In this document: positions 38,107 to 50,200 of the stretch, piece by piece
Layout: each line of letters opens with the position of its first letter
Position numbering within the stretch: the stretch's first letter is position 1
Assembly: GCF_964204645.1 (NCBI RefSeq)
Contig: NC_134028.1
Location: 10,168,001 to 10,232,000 of the forward strand
DNA: 64,000 bases
From: Tubulanus polymorphus
Taxonomy: Eukaryota; Animalia; Nemertea
Direction: 5' to 3'
Position numbers and translations under genes: made by a program
The notes under the pieces: generated by a model
Told to the model about the DNA's origin: nothing
Database searches by the model: none
Seen by the model: the letters and a program-made list of their open reading frames with translations, nothing else

Positions 38107-38380
38107 GGGTGTGGAGTGTATAAACTACCTGGAGTATGGTGGGCTCCCACCGTACTGCTCGGGCAGATTTGAAAAAAATATTCTCTCTTTTTAATTCTAG
38201 GTTCAACTGTAGTGGCCCGGGTGTGGAGTATAAACTACCTAGAGTATGGTGGGCTCTCACCGTACTGCTCGGGCAGATTTTAAAAAAAAATTCTCTCTTT
38301 TAATTCTAGGTTCAACTGTAGTGGCCCGGGTGTGGAGTATAAACTACCTGGAGTATGGTGGGCTCCCACCGTGCTGCTCA
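38107..38380 (+). repeat. ~110-bp tandem repeat (about 2.5 copies)
   Basis: GGGTGTGGAGTATAAACTACCTGGAGTATGGTGGGCTCCCACCG occurs three times with minor variants. Confidence 0.85.
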
Positions 38381-40272
38381 GCAACCACAATATATATATA
38401 TATATATATATAATTAGCTTTTTTAACATCCTGAGTTCTGTGATAAAGTGTAAGGTGCTTGTTTTCTAGTCAAAGTAACCATGATCTAGTCAAATTAATT
38501 TTAAATGATGGTAATTTATGAGGTAGAAATTATATTTAATGTAAATAAGATATCAGTTATTTATAGTTGTTACTGCTGTTGTTTAGATTTGTTAACATTT
38601 TATTATTGCTCAATCTTAATCACTCTTCACTTAGAATTGATCTCAATTGATAAGTGTTATGTTTAATTACTTAGCTAGATTTTAACCACAGGTTGTTCGA
38701 AATGGACGAAACCTGGCATGTCGTAAACATAACACATTTATGGAGGGCCTAACCTCTTCCTGCACCACCAGAAACGACATGTTTATGGATGACTGTGAGG
38801 CAATCAATCAATCAATCTTTATTCAGCATAAACATTAATAAAACATTGTTTGCAACTGATACAAATTCGGAAAATCAAGTATATACATAATAGGAGATAA
38901 ACAAATAATAAAATGAAGCATAATTTACACTGAGGCACGATGTTTCATAGGTAGCCATACTGATGATTCTTGATAAGATGAAACATGTCTTCAATTTTAA
39001 ATGGAAAAAACTCATTTATCAAATGGTGAATTTTACAAAAAATAGTCTTAAAAATGTTTTGATTCTTTCTTTAGGAGTAGGATCTAGTAAAAAGATGTTC
39101 TGAGATCTGAGTTGACAAGGAAAATACCTTTAATTTGATACCTCACATGGCATATTTCCTCGAAAGAGACCTTTTTCCGAAAAAAGCGTAAAACAAGATG
39201 GCCACCGATACGTGAGCCTCATTCTGAAAATATGTTTCGGGTCGATATTCATAATAGATTGTAACATGTATAGATGAATCTAGCTCTTCAATATCTTGAG
39301 TTTTACTGCTATTTGATTAAACATTTCGGGTCTCATATCGATGAAAGTTTCAACAACTTCATTGATACCAACTATGGCAAGTGAGGCTCCTGAAAGTATA
39401 TCAAATCATTATTAAGAAAACAATATGTATTAGAAGGCTAGGAATAACTTTCAACAACCCTTAAAATGTCTCATGTTGGTAACAACCAAATTCGCAAGGT
39501 ATTTTTGGCATTTTATTCCATGCAAATATGTTAATTAGCCTAAAATAGCTGTTTTCTACTTACCATATGGTTACCATGGCAACCAACAATCAATTGAAAT
39601 GATGGTTATCCTTGGTATTACATTTTAAGATCAAATGGTTGGACATTCTGCTCTCATATTTCATTAGGCACTGTGATATCTGTGATTTACAGATTTCTAG
39701 GAATAAGTTAATTAGATTATCAATATGCAAATTAGCTTCATTTGCATAATTAAGCAAAAAAAATTTAGCACATCAATAAGTTGCATATCAGTATCGTACT
39801 GACCAAGTTTGGCTTCAATCGGATGAAAACTGTGAAAGATATAGGGGTTTCAATATTATATTCAGTCCCTTTTCTAGGCTAAAAAGCAGCAAAACCTAGA
39901 CACTTCCTGTCTGACTATTTAATTGAAAATGAATTAGAGTGTGTTGCGCAATCGCTTGACAAAAACACCCCAAATTTCCGCCCTTCAATTGTTTATAACT
40001 TTTGAACCGCTTGACCGATTTTGATTCTGTAAATTGCTGTATGCTTATATTACCCCCTTCTTTGTTTTAAGCTATTAAAAAGGCACAACAGACACATTTA
40101 AATTTTCAACCTGAAATCCCTACTGGTGTAGTCTGAATACCAGTCGTTGTTACGGTTCCCTACATCTGACGCTAAAGTATCACATAGAGGTTAACTCCTG
40201 TTAATACGGGATATCGACAAATTCAAGTTCTGGAATTACTCGTTTGATGGCGCTAGTCAGAACGGGAAATTG

Positions 40273-40951
40273 GAACCTAAATCCGCCATGTTCATTTGCA
40301 ATAAACATCTCTCGCTTCAAGTTTTCAATCAGCGATATTCTACTTACTATACATAGGCACGCATAATCCTTTTAGTATGATATCCTGACAATGTGTTGAA
40401 TTAGATAAAACCTCACTTTGAACGCTAAAGATCACTAGAAATGTAAAAAAACTACCAAAAATCACAAATTTAGCGATGACACTCGAAGCAGCTTACGACG
40501 GAAGTAATGACTGGTGCCGGATGTCATCACTTTGTTGTTGAGTTCAAGTCTCTAAGGTGAATTTATTGCAGGCTACACTGATAAATATGAAATGACATTA
40601 TGAAATGAAATTGATTTTTGAAGGACTACACTCGTAGATTCATAATAAAAATATGAAAAGTACCAGGACTCGAACCAACAATCAAAATTGGGCCGTCAAG
40701 TGCTGCCACCATGTGATACCTGGCAACCAGTCTTCACATCTTCAGCCGTTGCAAAATGTTTTTTGATAATTTTAGGACACTTATAGTGGTTTCTAGCCTT
40801 TGCAGTGAGGTTTTATATCCAACGTAACGGTAGGTTATCATATTTAAAGGATTACGCATGACGATTTATAGTAAGTAGAATATCGCTGATTGAAAATTTG
40901 AAGCGAGAGATTTTCATTGCAAATGAACTTGAGCATTGGGGATTTAGGTTC
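40273..40951. mobile_element. degenerate MITE with ~170-bp imperfect TIRs
   Basis: GAACCTAAATCC...TTTTCAATCAGCGATATTCTACTTACTATA is mirrored at 40780-40951; no clear TSD. Confidence 0.6.
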
Positions 40952-41693
40952 ATTTGTAAGTGATTAATTCATATTTAGAAAGAATTGGCAAACACTGTTC
41001 AATACCGGCTGATCATTTAGTTCAATGTTAAGGAATCATTATAGTATCAAGTATAGTATGCAAACGAGCGTCTTCTTCATGACTTGACGGATTGTGATTT
41101 AAAAAGAGTTCATGTAATCTAGGCCTACTTAAAATAGCTAGGCATGGACATGTCCTTTGCCATGCATCAAATAAAGTTTCGATGAATTTGATTTAATTGA
41201 TTCAGCACACGCTACAGATTTTACCGATTACAGTAAATTCAATCATCATCGTCGACTATAAATATTTGATGAAACACAATAATACTTGCCTTGGAGCTTG
41301 AATTCAAACACCGGACTGTTCGAACTAAGAAATTAACCATGAAAATTGACTAAAGCAGCAAAAACATCCCAGAAATAATTGCAAATGGCGCTGTGCATGC
41401 CTGATAATTTTTCGAAGTCTAATTTGAATGAAAATATTTTTTTAAAACTCAACAGCAAATGCAAAAATATGCAGTAAACTCATTTTATTAATTTAGCCAA
41501 TGAAAATACAAACTAGGAATGAACATACTAGGTTTTTGCACAGTAGACGCTGCATAAAATCTAACCATGCACGTGTTGAAAATGTTGAAATAATGAGTAC
41601 AGTTATGGAAATATTTTTATTCCAAAATGGACTCATGACAAAAAGGCAGATGTTCAGAATTTGGAACCAACATTGGAATGGTTCATATCCGAA

Positions 41694-41995
41694 GTGATCA
41701 CATGTACAATCACACGTGTTGCAGATTGGAATAACTGATGTTAAACATGTGTTATTCTATGACATGTGTGATCCCAGCGGTTACACATGTTGTTGAGCCA
41801 ATCACATGTGTGAATCACACATGTTTTCTCAATCACACATGTATTTCACAATCACACGTGTGATCATGTGTTATTCACACATGTCATAGGCTCCACAACA
41901 CAGATCACACGTGTGATTGCAGGAATCACATGTTTTTGTGTCTTTCACACCTTTCACACATGTAATGTGTGTTATTCACACACATAACATATGTG
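41694..41995. repeat. cluster of CACATG/CACGTG-containing short repeats
   Basis: Dense ATCACATGT/ATCACACGTGTGAT motifs; probably a subterminal region of a degraded transposon. Confidence 0.55.
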
Positions 41996-43973
41996 AATTT
42001 TTTATGAGGGAATTTGTCTTTCTTTTTTTTGGCTTTTCGATAATACTCTCTCTTTTGCTCTGGTGATAAGGTAGGTGATAATTCTCTCTATTTTTCCTCA
42101 TCATGTTTCTTCTCAGGATTTCTGGCGGCTGTCTTTTTCTGCTTCTTAAATTCCTATACCATTCTACGGAACCCCCAACAAGCAACTTATCCATGCTTGT
42201 TTAGGGATTGAAAAGAAACAAACCTGACAAAACTCTAAATACTAAGTTTTTAGGACTTATTTTTAAAATCAATCAAATATGATTCCAGACACTATATTTC
42301 AATAGTAGGTCAATTGTCATTCTGGACAGTCAGGGTTGATATCATATATGATGGGGGCAGTTGCATTTCATAAAAAAGGGATGTCAAAATATTTTGTCCA
42401 CTATGAAACTAAGGGAATCATACAAATAATGATTAATAGAATATCTCCATGATTAAATATCACTGAGATGTAGATTTAGATAATAAGTAGACACTTCAAA
42501 ATGCATAAAGATATATTTCATTCATGTTTTCACTCAAATGCTATAGCTGTAAATGCTTCAGTGTTAACTGCCACCATTAGTTTCGTGCTCATTTCATGCC
42601 CTGTATCAGCAATATCTTAACCAGATTATATTTTCTATGATAAAATCTATGCATTCACTTCACACTATTGTTTGAAGTAACTTGGAAGCATATAACCCTT
42701 TAGTTAAAAATCATTTTGGGTATATCCATAGTTTGTGTCATAGTGGACATTTCCTAATGACAACATTTTGACATAGGTTTCCATTATTAAATCAAATACA
42801 TGGAATATCTGACATCAAATGAAAAGTACTCAAGAGCTTGGGGAGTCGATAACTTTCGTTAGAAACTTTCTCGGGCTCTGATATTTACACACATTTAATG
42901 CAGTAATAAAATCTAGGTTCCTCTCGTATATTGGCTATATCGGTTGTCGTTTTCATTGTTCTATGATTATGTTTAATCGTTTTTGTTATTTCAGCAGCGC
43001 ATACCAACCTTGGTTGAGCATGCGTGATCAGTCTTGAAATTGGTATTCATGCGCGGCATAGTGCTGCCGACAATTCAATTCATTGTTTATTGACACAATA
43101 AAACATTTACTTTCACGTTTTAAAAAAATTCTTTTTATTTTCTTTTATTTTCATTGGGGGCTTACGTTAGCGGCCATTTGAAAAATCTCTGTATGAACAT
43201 TTATATTTTTCAGTTTAAAATATCTAAAACTTAAAACCTGCTTTTCTGTGAAATAAATTCTGAATTAAATTGAAGACTGGTGCCCTGTCTCTTCAAAGAG
43301 CCAGGTGGCGGTAGTCTATGGTGGCAATAAACTTTAGGAGTAAACTTTATCGGATGATCGTAGTGGATTGTCATTTGAAGGAGATGCAACTTATACTTGC
43401 TTAATGTCTTTATTATTTTAAAAAGAAGAATCGTGGCTCCTATCTATTTTCATGTGCGACTTCTCTTCACTTGAAGTAACTCGAGTTAGTCGCATTTTTT
43501 CTTTCAGCTGTAAATTTTTCTATGCAAAATCATTTCAACACAATCCGATACGTAATCTAGCAATTATCAACATGATGATAGATTCCTTTAAGACACTACA
43601 ATATTCAAATAACAACTATCCAAAAGCTTGCACTAACTTGGTCCATGTCTACAATAAAACCATTCCGATATTCCCAGTCCCCGTGTGTAACATTTCATGA
43701 ACGATGTACGACAACACCGATCTCTTAGCTCTTAAAGTAATCAGTTCAAAGTTCAATTAATTCTACTACAGAACTACAAAACCACCAAGCAAGCTTTCAG
43801 TACAACCATGTCAGCAAGCCCATTTTTAGAATTTCTTTCTTGTTCTAGCATGATGTTGCAGCACAAATTGCGCACAGCAAGACGAGTACGTGCTCCCAAA
43901 CACCAGCCTCGTGAACTAATATTTTTCCATCTATCCAAAGAAATCTGTGGTATTGGCGGTCTTCTGGTTTCAG

Positions 43974-46316
43974 TTAGATATGTAGATATATTTGCGTCAA
44001 ATCGGCTGCTATTGCTACTGTCCCTTGTGTAAACATGATCAGAATGTCGAAAAGTTCATTTAGCAGTTTTGGTCCAGCATGGGCTTCATCATTCAAGGAT
44101 CTATTGTGGTTCTTTGCAGATGCATCGAAGACTATTCTTACTTTGGTTGTTTGACGCTGCATTCGGACCACAGGAAAGTGGGGTAGACACAACTGAGGTT
44201 TGATTTGTTGTTCAGTTGGTACCTCCCGCACATATCCCTTTTCTTTGTACTCTTCGTTAGTGGCTGTATTCAATTGTTTTAAATCTGGGTAACTGTCTAT
44301 TTTTTTCTTCAAAATGTTGCTAATTGTCTCAAATTCGGGGTTTCTTACCATGGAACACCTATTTCGTTTCTTTCGCCATCATATTTTATTGACTTATCAA
44401 GTTGACTAAGGACTTTCCTGTTCCCTGTAGCACTGCTGTTACAGATCTTCTCTATCTCCCAGAACCGCTTCAACGCGCCATCTAGCTCGGTTATTCCTGC
44501 ATAGCTGTGTGAATACATAGTATTTACTGCAGTTGATTTCATTCCTGTTTTGATTGCCGACTCAGTGTAGTTATCTGATAGACACGTCCAACCACATGGG
44601 TACAATCGTGTAACAGGTTCTCGTGGCTTTTGTCCTGTTAGATCTTCTATACAGGTCATCGGTTCCATAAGATTTTTTCCTAGTACAGGTCATCGGTTCC
44701 ATAAGATTTTTTCCTAGCAGACCTTCGATGGTTGGGTTACTGCCAAGATCCGGAAACGGGATATCTCTCAAATGAGGCCAATTTTTTGCAAACTTTTTCC
44801 AGTTAATTACTGAAATCTTACCGCAAACTTGATCTATCACGAAGTAAGTGCCTGCGGTTAGTTGGTTTCCATTGACGTGGACTATTTCGGTATTTGTTTT
44901 CGTCACTGTAGAGCTGATTTCGGTTCCGTCCATTACTTATACATTTATTTTCTCATATTTTCCCTTGAGTCTCAATTCCTGTGCGACCGTTCTGTTTATG
45001 TTTGCTAACATCACTACATTCATCGATTAACGTGATGACTTTTCTCGAATTTCCGTCATTCTTTATGAGTACTAGCACGGCCCTCATACCTATCAGTACT
45101 GTGTCCTTGTTTCTGACAGAGCAGTAAGAATTCGGTGAATTTTGAAACGTTTCTGTCGGTAAGTTGGGTTCTGACTTCTGAATGATATCCTTGTGCAACG
45201 ATTTATGGTGGTTTCTTGGACAGTCATTAGTACCACACAATTGTTTTACAGTCTATACCTCTATGATGTGATTTCAGGCCTCGAAAACATAGTCTATTTC
45301 GCTTAGCGGCAGTCCACCTATCGTCAACATTCATTTTTTTCCAATCTCGACAATTCTCTATGTCATGCTTGTTTGTGGATTTACAAATTCTACATGTCTG
45401 GATCGCGATGTGTGACAAATGTCCTTCGTCCACCTCCTGTGGTCGCAGTGTGTCCGTCGTAATAGTTTTCCATGAGTCCTCTAACTGTCTCTCTGGCTCT
45501 AGCCTGTCGTTTAACTACATGGGTAAGCCATATAGATAGTCCCTCAAGGCCCTCTGTTTCTAGTTCATTCTCTAAATGTTCGTAGTATTTTATGAGATAG
45601 CTTTCTGGAACTATCTTCCATACAAGACGGTACCACGCCCCGTTCTATAAATCTTTGATCCTGTTGCTGGCGCATAATTCTGCCGCCACTATATTCAAGG
45701 CAATCGGACAATTTTGAGTCTGTCGATATTTCCTCCCTTAACTGGTTCTAATCTTTCAACTTCATCGAAATAATTTTGTAATTGGCGACGTTTTCAGCCG
45801 TATTTGTTGCTCAAAATGTTTTTGGCCGCTTGGTATTCTGTTTCAGTATAGCCTAGGCCCTCAGTGGCATCTTTTGCTTTACCTAGGAGACTGTTTGTTT
45901 TTCATTTTTCCCTCCGGACTTATGTCACTCTTATAAGCGACCTCTATAAACGCCATCCAGTAAGTATCGAATTCCATCTTATCCCCACTAAATTCAGGGA
46001 CTCTAATGCTTTCAAGTCATCCAGTGGTGACCTCTCGTGTACCTCTGGCAGTCGAATCTTGTGGCGGTCTGGTCGGTCTATTAGCTTCTCCATTATGTCC
46101 TCTTGTACTCAGTCTTCCCCGAATTGTGACCATTTCGGTCTCCATCCCCTCGGTCATTGTCTTTCCTTCTAGGAGTGTTTTGTCGGCCTCTTTCTGTCGA
46201 TTATTTTCTAAATACAAATTTTCTAAGGAATCTATTATACTAGAGACATTCATGTGTGATGGGTCAACCAAGGCGATATATTGAAGTATTTCGTCGGTTC
46301 TGATGTGTTTCATCAT
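43974..46316 (-). pseudogene. BEL/Pao LTR retrotransposon remnant (gag, protease, start of RT)
   Basis: Pao-type triple Zn knuckle (CRIC..HDIENC..RLCFR..CGTNDC..HHKSLH); protease LIDECSD; LPHFPVVR..TTKVRIVFDASAK..SLND..AGPKLL. Many stops and frameshifts; no LTRs recognised. Confidence 0.85.
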
Positions 46317-47241
46317 TTATCAATACAAACAGCGCATTGTGCTGCATTGATAATTTACATTTTTCCGTCTTTTTTAATCTCCGTAACACCTTTTCACGGT
46401 CAACATAGTCTGCTCTATATCGTTGTTTTCCACGTTTGGAGTCGATATCTTTTCTTTTTGATCTATGTATTCGATTTTCTATATTTCTATATCAATCATT
46501 CAGACATTCGAATATTTTAATGACTGACCTGTTGTTGCGGAATACATGTATATCCATTTCCCAGTAAGCATTTTGCGTCGGGCCTACGTTGGCATTTAGT
46601 CGGTCAGTGAGTCGGCCCTAAGTCGTACTTGGCGCAGGGCGACGGACCTTTTGCTCATCCGAATATTGGCGGACCGATGTCATCTGCTGAACTTCAGCCG
46701 TCAGTTATCCGACTAAAACCTTACCTTCATTAATATTGTGCCTACTTCCCGCTGACTATTATCCAACTATGGTCCGACTGTAATCCGACTTCATTTCGAC
46801 CTGAATCCAAATTACTCACTCAGCAAGAACGTGTCAAGTATTGCAAATGTCAAATTTATTTTACACAACAAAGTGAATGAAAATCATATAAAAATATACA
46901 ATATTGTGAAAAAATATTCTATGTTGAGAAAAAAATAAACAATGTCGTGAAAAAAATATACAATATGTCGTGAAAAAAATGTACAAAAGTTTAATAGCCG
47001 GTAAAAATCTTTTGAAAAAAGGAATCATCGCTTGATCCACAGAGAAAAAATCGATTGTACACATCCTAATTTCTGTACAACGACAGACTTCTAGTCCTAT
47101 AAATCTGCAGCAGAATTGGTTTATACCTGAGTAAAAAAAACTTAAGCTATTAAAATTGCATTCAACTTTGACACCAGTAATTGTAAAAGTGGGGTTTCAG
47201 ATCAGAGGTCGAGAGGTCGAGACACCACTCATCACCACAAG

Positions 47242-47263
47242 TAATTTTTTTTCCTTATAAATG
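47242..47263 (+). promoter_or_regulatory. recurrent intergenic motif TAATTTTTT-Nx-TAAATG (example instance), poxvirus-late-promoter-like
   Basis: TAAATG overlaps the ATG at 47261, 54480, 54837, 55083, 55525, 55976, 57382, 58862, 60139, 61268, 62161, 62699 and 53607 (minus strand). Most are preceded by AATTTTTT. Confidence 0.7.
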
Positions 47264-50200
47264 GGGGAGAATGAACACCAACCAGAAAATAATAATGTTA
47301 ATAAAAATCAATATTATTGTCAATATTGTAAAAAATACATCGATAAATCCCAAAAATCACGGCATGAAAAATCTGCAAATCATATAAAAAATGTAATAGA
47401 TTTTGAAACTCCAGAAAATTCCAATGAAAGAAAAGAACGATTAGAAAATATGAATGTGGATGAAATAAAATGTGAAGTTTGTAATGAATTTATAATAAAA
47501 AGGAATTATAATAGACATCTCGAATCACAAAAACATTATAAAAATTTAAATAAAAATGTTTTAGGATCAGAATATTTTGATAATAAACCTCAACAAGTAA
47601 AAAAATCACCTTCAAAAACTAAATCCATTTCAAATAAACCTTACATGGAAAATGTTAGAAATTATATTGATTCACTAGAAATAAAAGATACAATTGAAAT
47701 TTTAGAAACATTACATAGTAAAATTGGTCCTGCAGCTATTATATTTAGATTTTTTAAAGGTACAACAATAGAAGATTATAGTAAATTTAATGAAATAATA
47801 GAAAAAATACTAGATTTGATAACAGATGTTGAATATCTAAAAATTAGTATCTCTGGGAAAGTAAGTTTTATAAAGTCAGAAGAAAAGATGAATTATAATA
47901 TTCAAACACTCTCTGAAGAAATAATTTCAAAAACACAAATAAAAGAGAAGTTAGAAAAAAAATTAAATGAATTTAAACGTCATATTGAAGAAAGATATTT
48001 TGAGGGTTCTGGCTTAACATTGAATGAAATAATATATCTAGATTTAAATGTTTATAATACAAAAAGAAATAAAACATCAAAAAGTAATAAAATGTTTAAA
48101 AATGATTCAAACTTTACAACAGAAAAGGATATTAAAGCATCATCTTATATTAAATTACCATTTATTACAAAAGCAGTAATAAATATTCAAAATGAAGATA
48201 ATAAATGTTTTCTATGGTCAATTATGAGTTGCTTACATCCATCACAGGAAAATGTTTGTAGAATAACAGATTATCGGAAATATGAAACATTATATAAAAT
48301 TGATCAATATCCAGTAACTATAAAAATGATTCCTAAAATAGAAAAAGTTAATAATTTAAAAATAAATGTATTCGAATTAATGCAATTACCACAGACAAAA
48401 GGTGAAAATATTAAAGATTATACATTGGAAGCTTTATATTTTACAGAATATTATGATGATGCAAATGTTATAGATTTGTTATATTACAAAAAAGATGAAA
48501 ATGAACATTATATGTGGTTAAAACAAATTGATTTATTCTTTAGAACAACAGAAAGTGATCATCATCGTAAAATTTATCTATGTAGAAAATGTTTATCTAA
48601 ATTTATGACTGAGAATGCGTTACTAAAACATAAAGAATTATGTGATAATAAAGATTTTTGTAAATTAATAATGCCAACAGAAAAAGATTATAAATTGAAA
48701 TTTACTAATCATAAATTTAAGAATATTGTTCCATTTGTAATTTATGGGGATTTTGAATCATTGAATAAAGAATTAACTAATCAAGATAGAAAAGAAATAT
48801 ATAACAAAAAACAATTATTAAAATCAATGGATAAAGGAAATGAATTAAATGAAGACACAATACAAGACCATTATGCATACAATTAAAAAAGTTCATCAAA
48901 GAGCTGCTGCTTACGGAATTTATATAAAATCAAATTATCCTGAATTATATGAAAGTCAATATATTTCTTTTAGAGGTGAAAATGTAGTTAATGATTTTTG
49001 TGATAAAATGATTGAATTAGAAAGTGATTTTGCAAAATTATTAAACAATAATAAAAGAATAGTTATGACAAAAGTAGATGAAATTGATTTTAATTATGCA
49101 ACTCATTGTTGTTATTGTGAAAAAAATTTTTATTCATTTGATAAAAGAGTTAGAGATCATGATCATTTGAATTCAAAATATCGTGGAGCTGCTCATGAAG
49201 ATTGCAATTTACAAGCTAAAAAAGTAAATTTCGTGCCAATATTATTTCATAATTTATCAGGATATGATACCCATCTATTTATAAAACAATTATCGGGAAA
49301 ATTGGGCGCAATTAATCAAGAAATAGAAGAATATAATGCTATGAATGAAGCAAATGTAAGAAAATATGATTTTAAACTATTAGCTAAAACATCTGAAAAT
49401 CATATTTCATTTCAATTTGGTTGCATTAGATTTTTAGATTCTTATAGATTTCTAGCAAGTTCATTAGATAATTTATCAAAAAGTTTAGTTGATAATGATT
49501 TTGTTATAACTCGATATTATTATCCAAATGAACAAGATTTTAAATTATTGAGATATAAAGGCGCAATTCCTTATTCATTTTATAAAACACACAATGATTT
49601 TAATGTAACAGAATTATTAAAAGATCAATTTTATGATCAATTAAAAGAGGAGTATGTGAAAGACGAAGTTTTTAATAGAACATTAAATATTTGGAACCAT
49701 TTTAAGATGAAAAATCATGGCGAACTAGTTGATTTATATTTAAAATCAGATGTTATGATATTGGCTGACATATTTGAAAAATTTAGAGAAGTTAATTTGA
49801 ATCATTTTAATGTTGATCCTTGTTATTGCTACTCTAGTCCTGGTTTAACCTGGCAATGTGGTTTAAAATATACAAATGTAGAATTAGATTTATTAAAAGA
49901 ACCAGATATGGTTTTATTATTTGAAAAATCAATTAGAGGTGGAATTAGTGGTGTTATGGGAGATAGATATTTTAAAGCAAATGATGAATATAAATTATTA
50001 TATATTGACGCCAATAATTTATATGGTTGGGCAATGATGCAACCTCAACCATATAAAAATTTTATATTAACAGAAGTTGAAAATGGTGATAAAACTGATT
50101 GGGAAAGCGCAATTACGAGTTTAAAAGATGAAGCACCAATTGGTTATTTCTTTGTAGTTGATTTAGAATATCCTGAAAATATAAAGTTTAAAACAAGAAA

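Larger units (their letters stand above)
19351..40122 (+). mobile_element. hAT-superfamily transposon (hATw-like, 7-bp TSD), enlarged by nested IS3EU and P elements
   Basis: 14-bp TIR TAGGGATTTCAGGT / ACCTGAAATCCCTA; 7-bp TSD CTGGTGT at 19344-19350 and 40123-40129; transposase pseudogene at 34718-37710. Confidence 0.78.

Noticed and set aside
41500-43700. Short ORFs in the low-complexity region
   Set aside because: No recognisable motifs or splice-consistent gene structure.
48849-48886. Overlap of two pPolB ORFs as a programmed frameshift
   Set aside because: Copy A differs here by an indel and has other lesions elsewhere, so decay is the simpler explanation.
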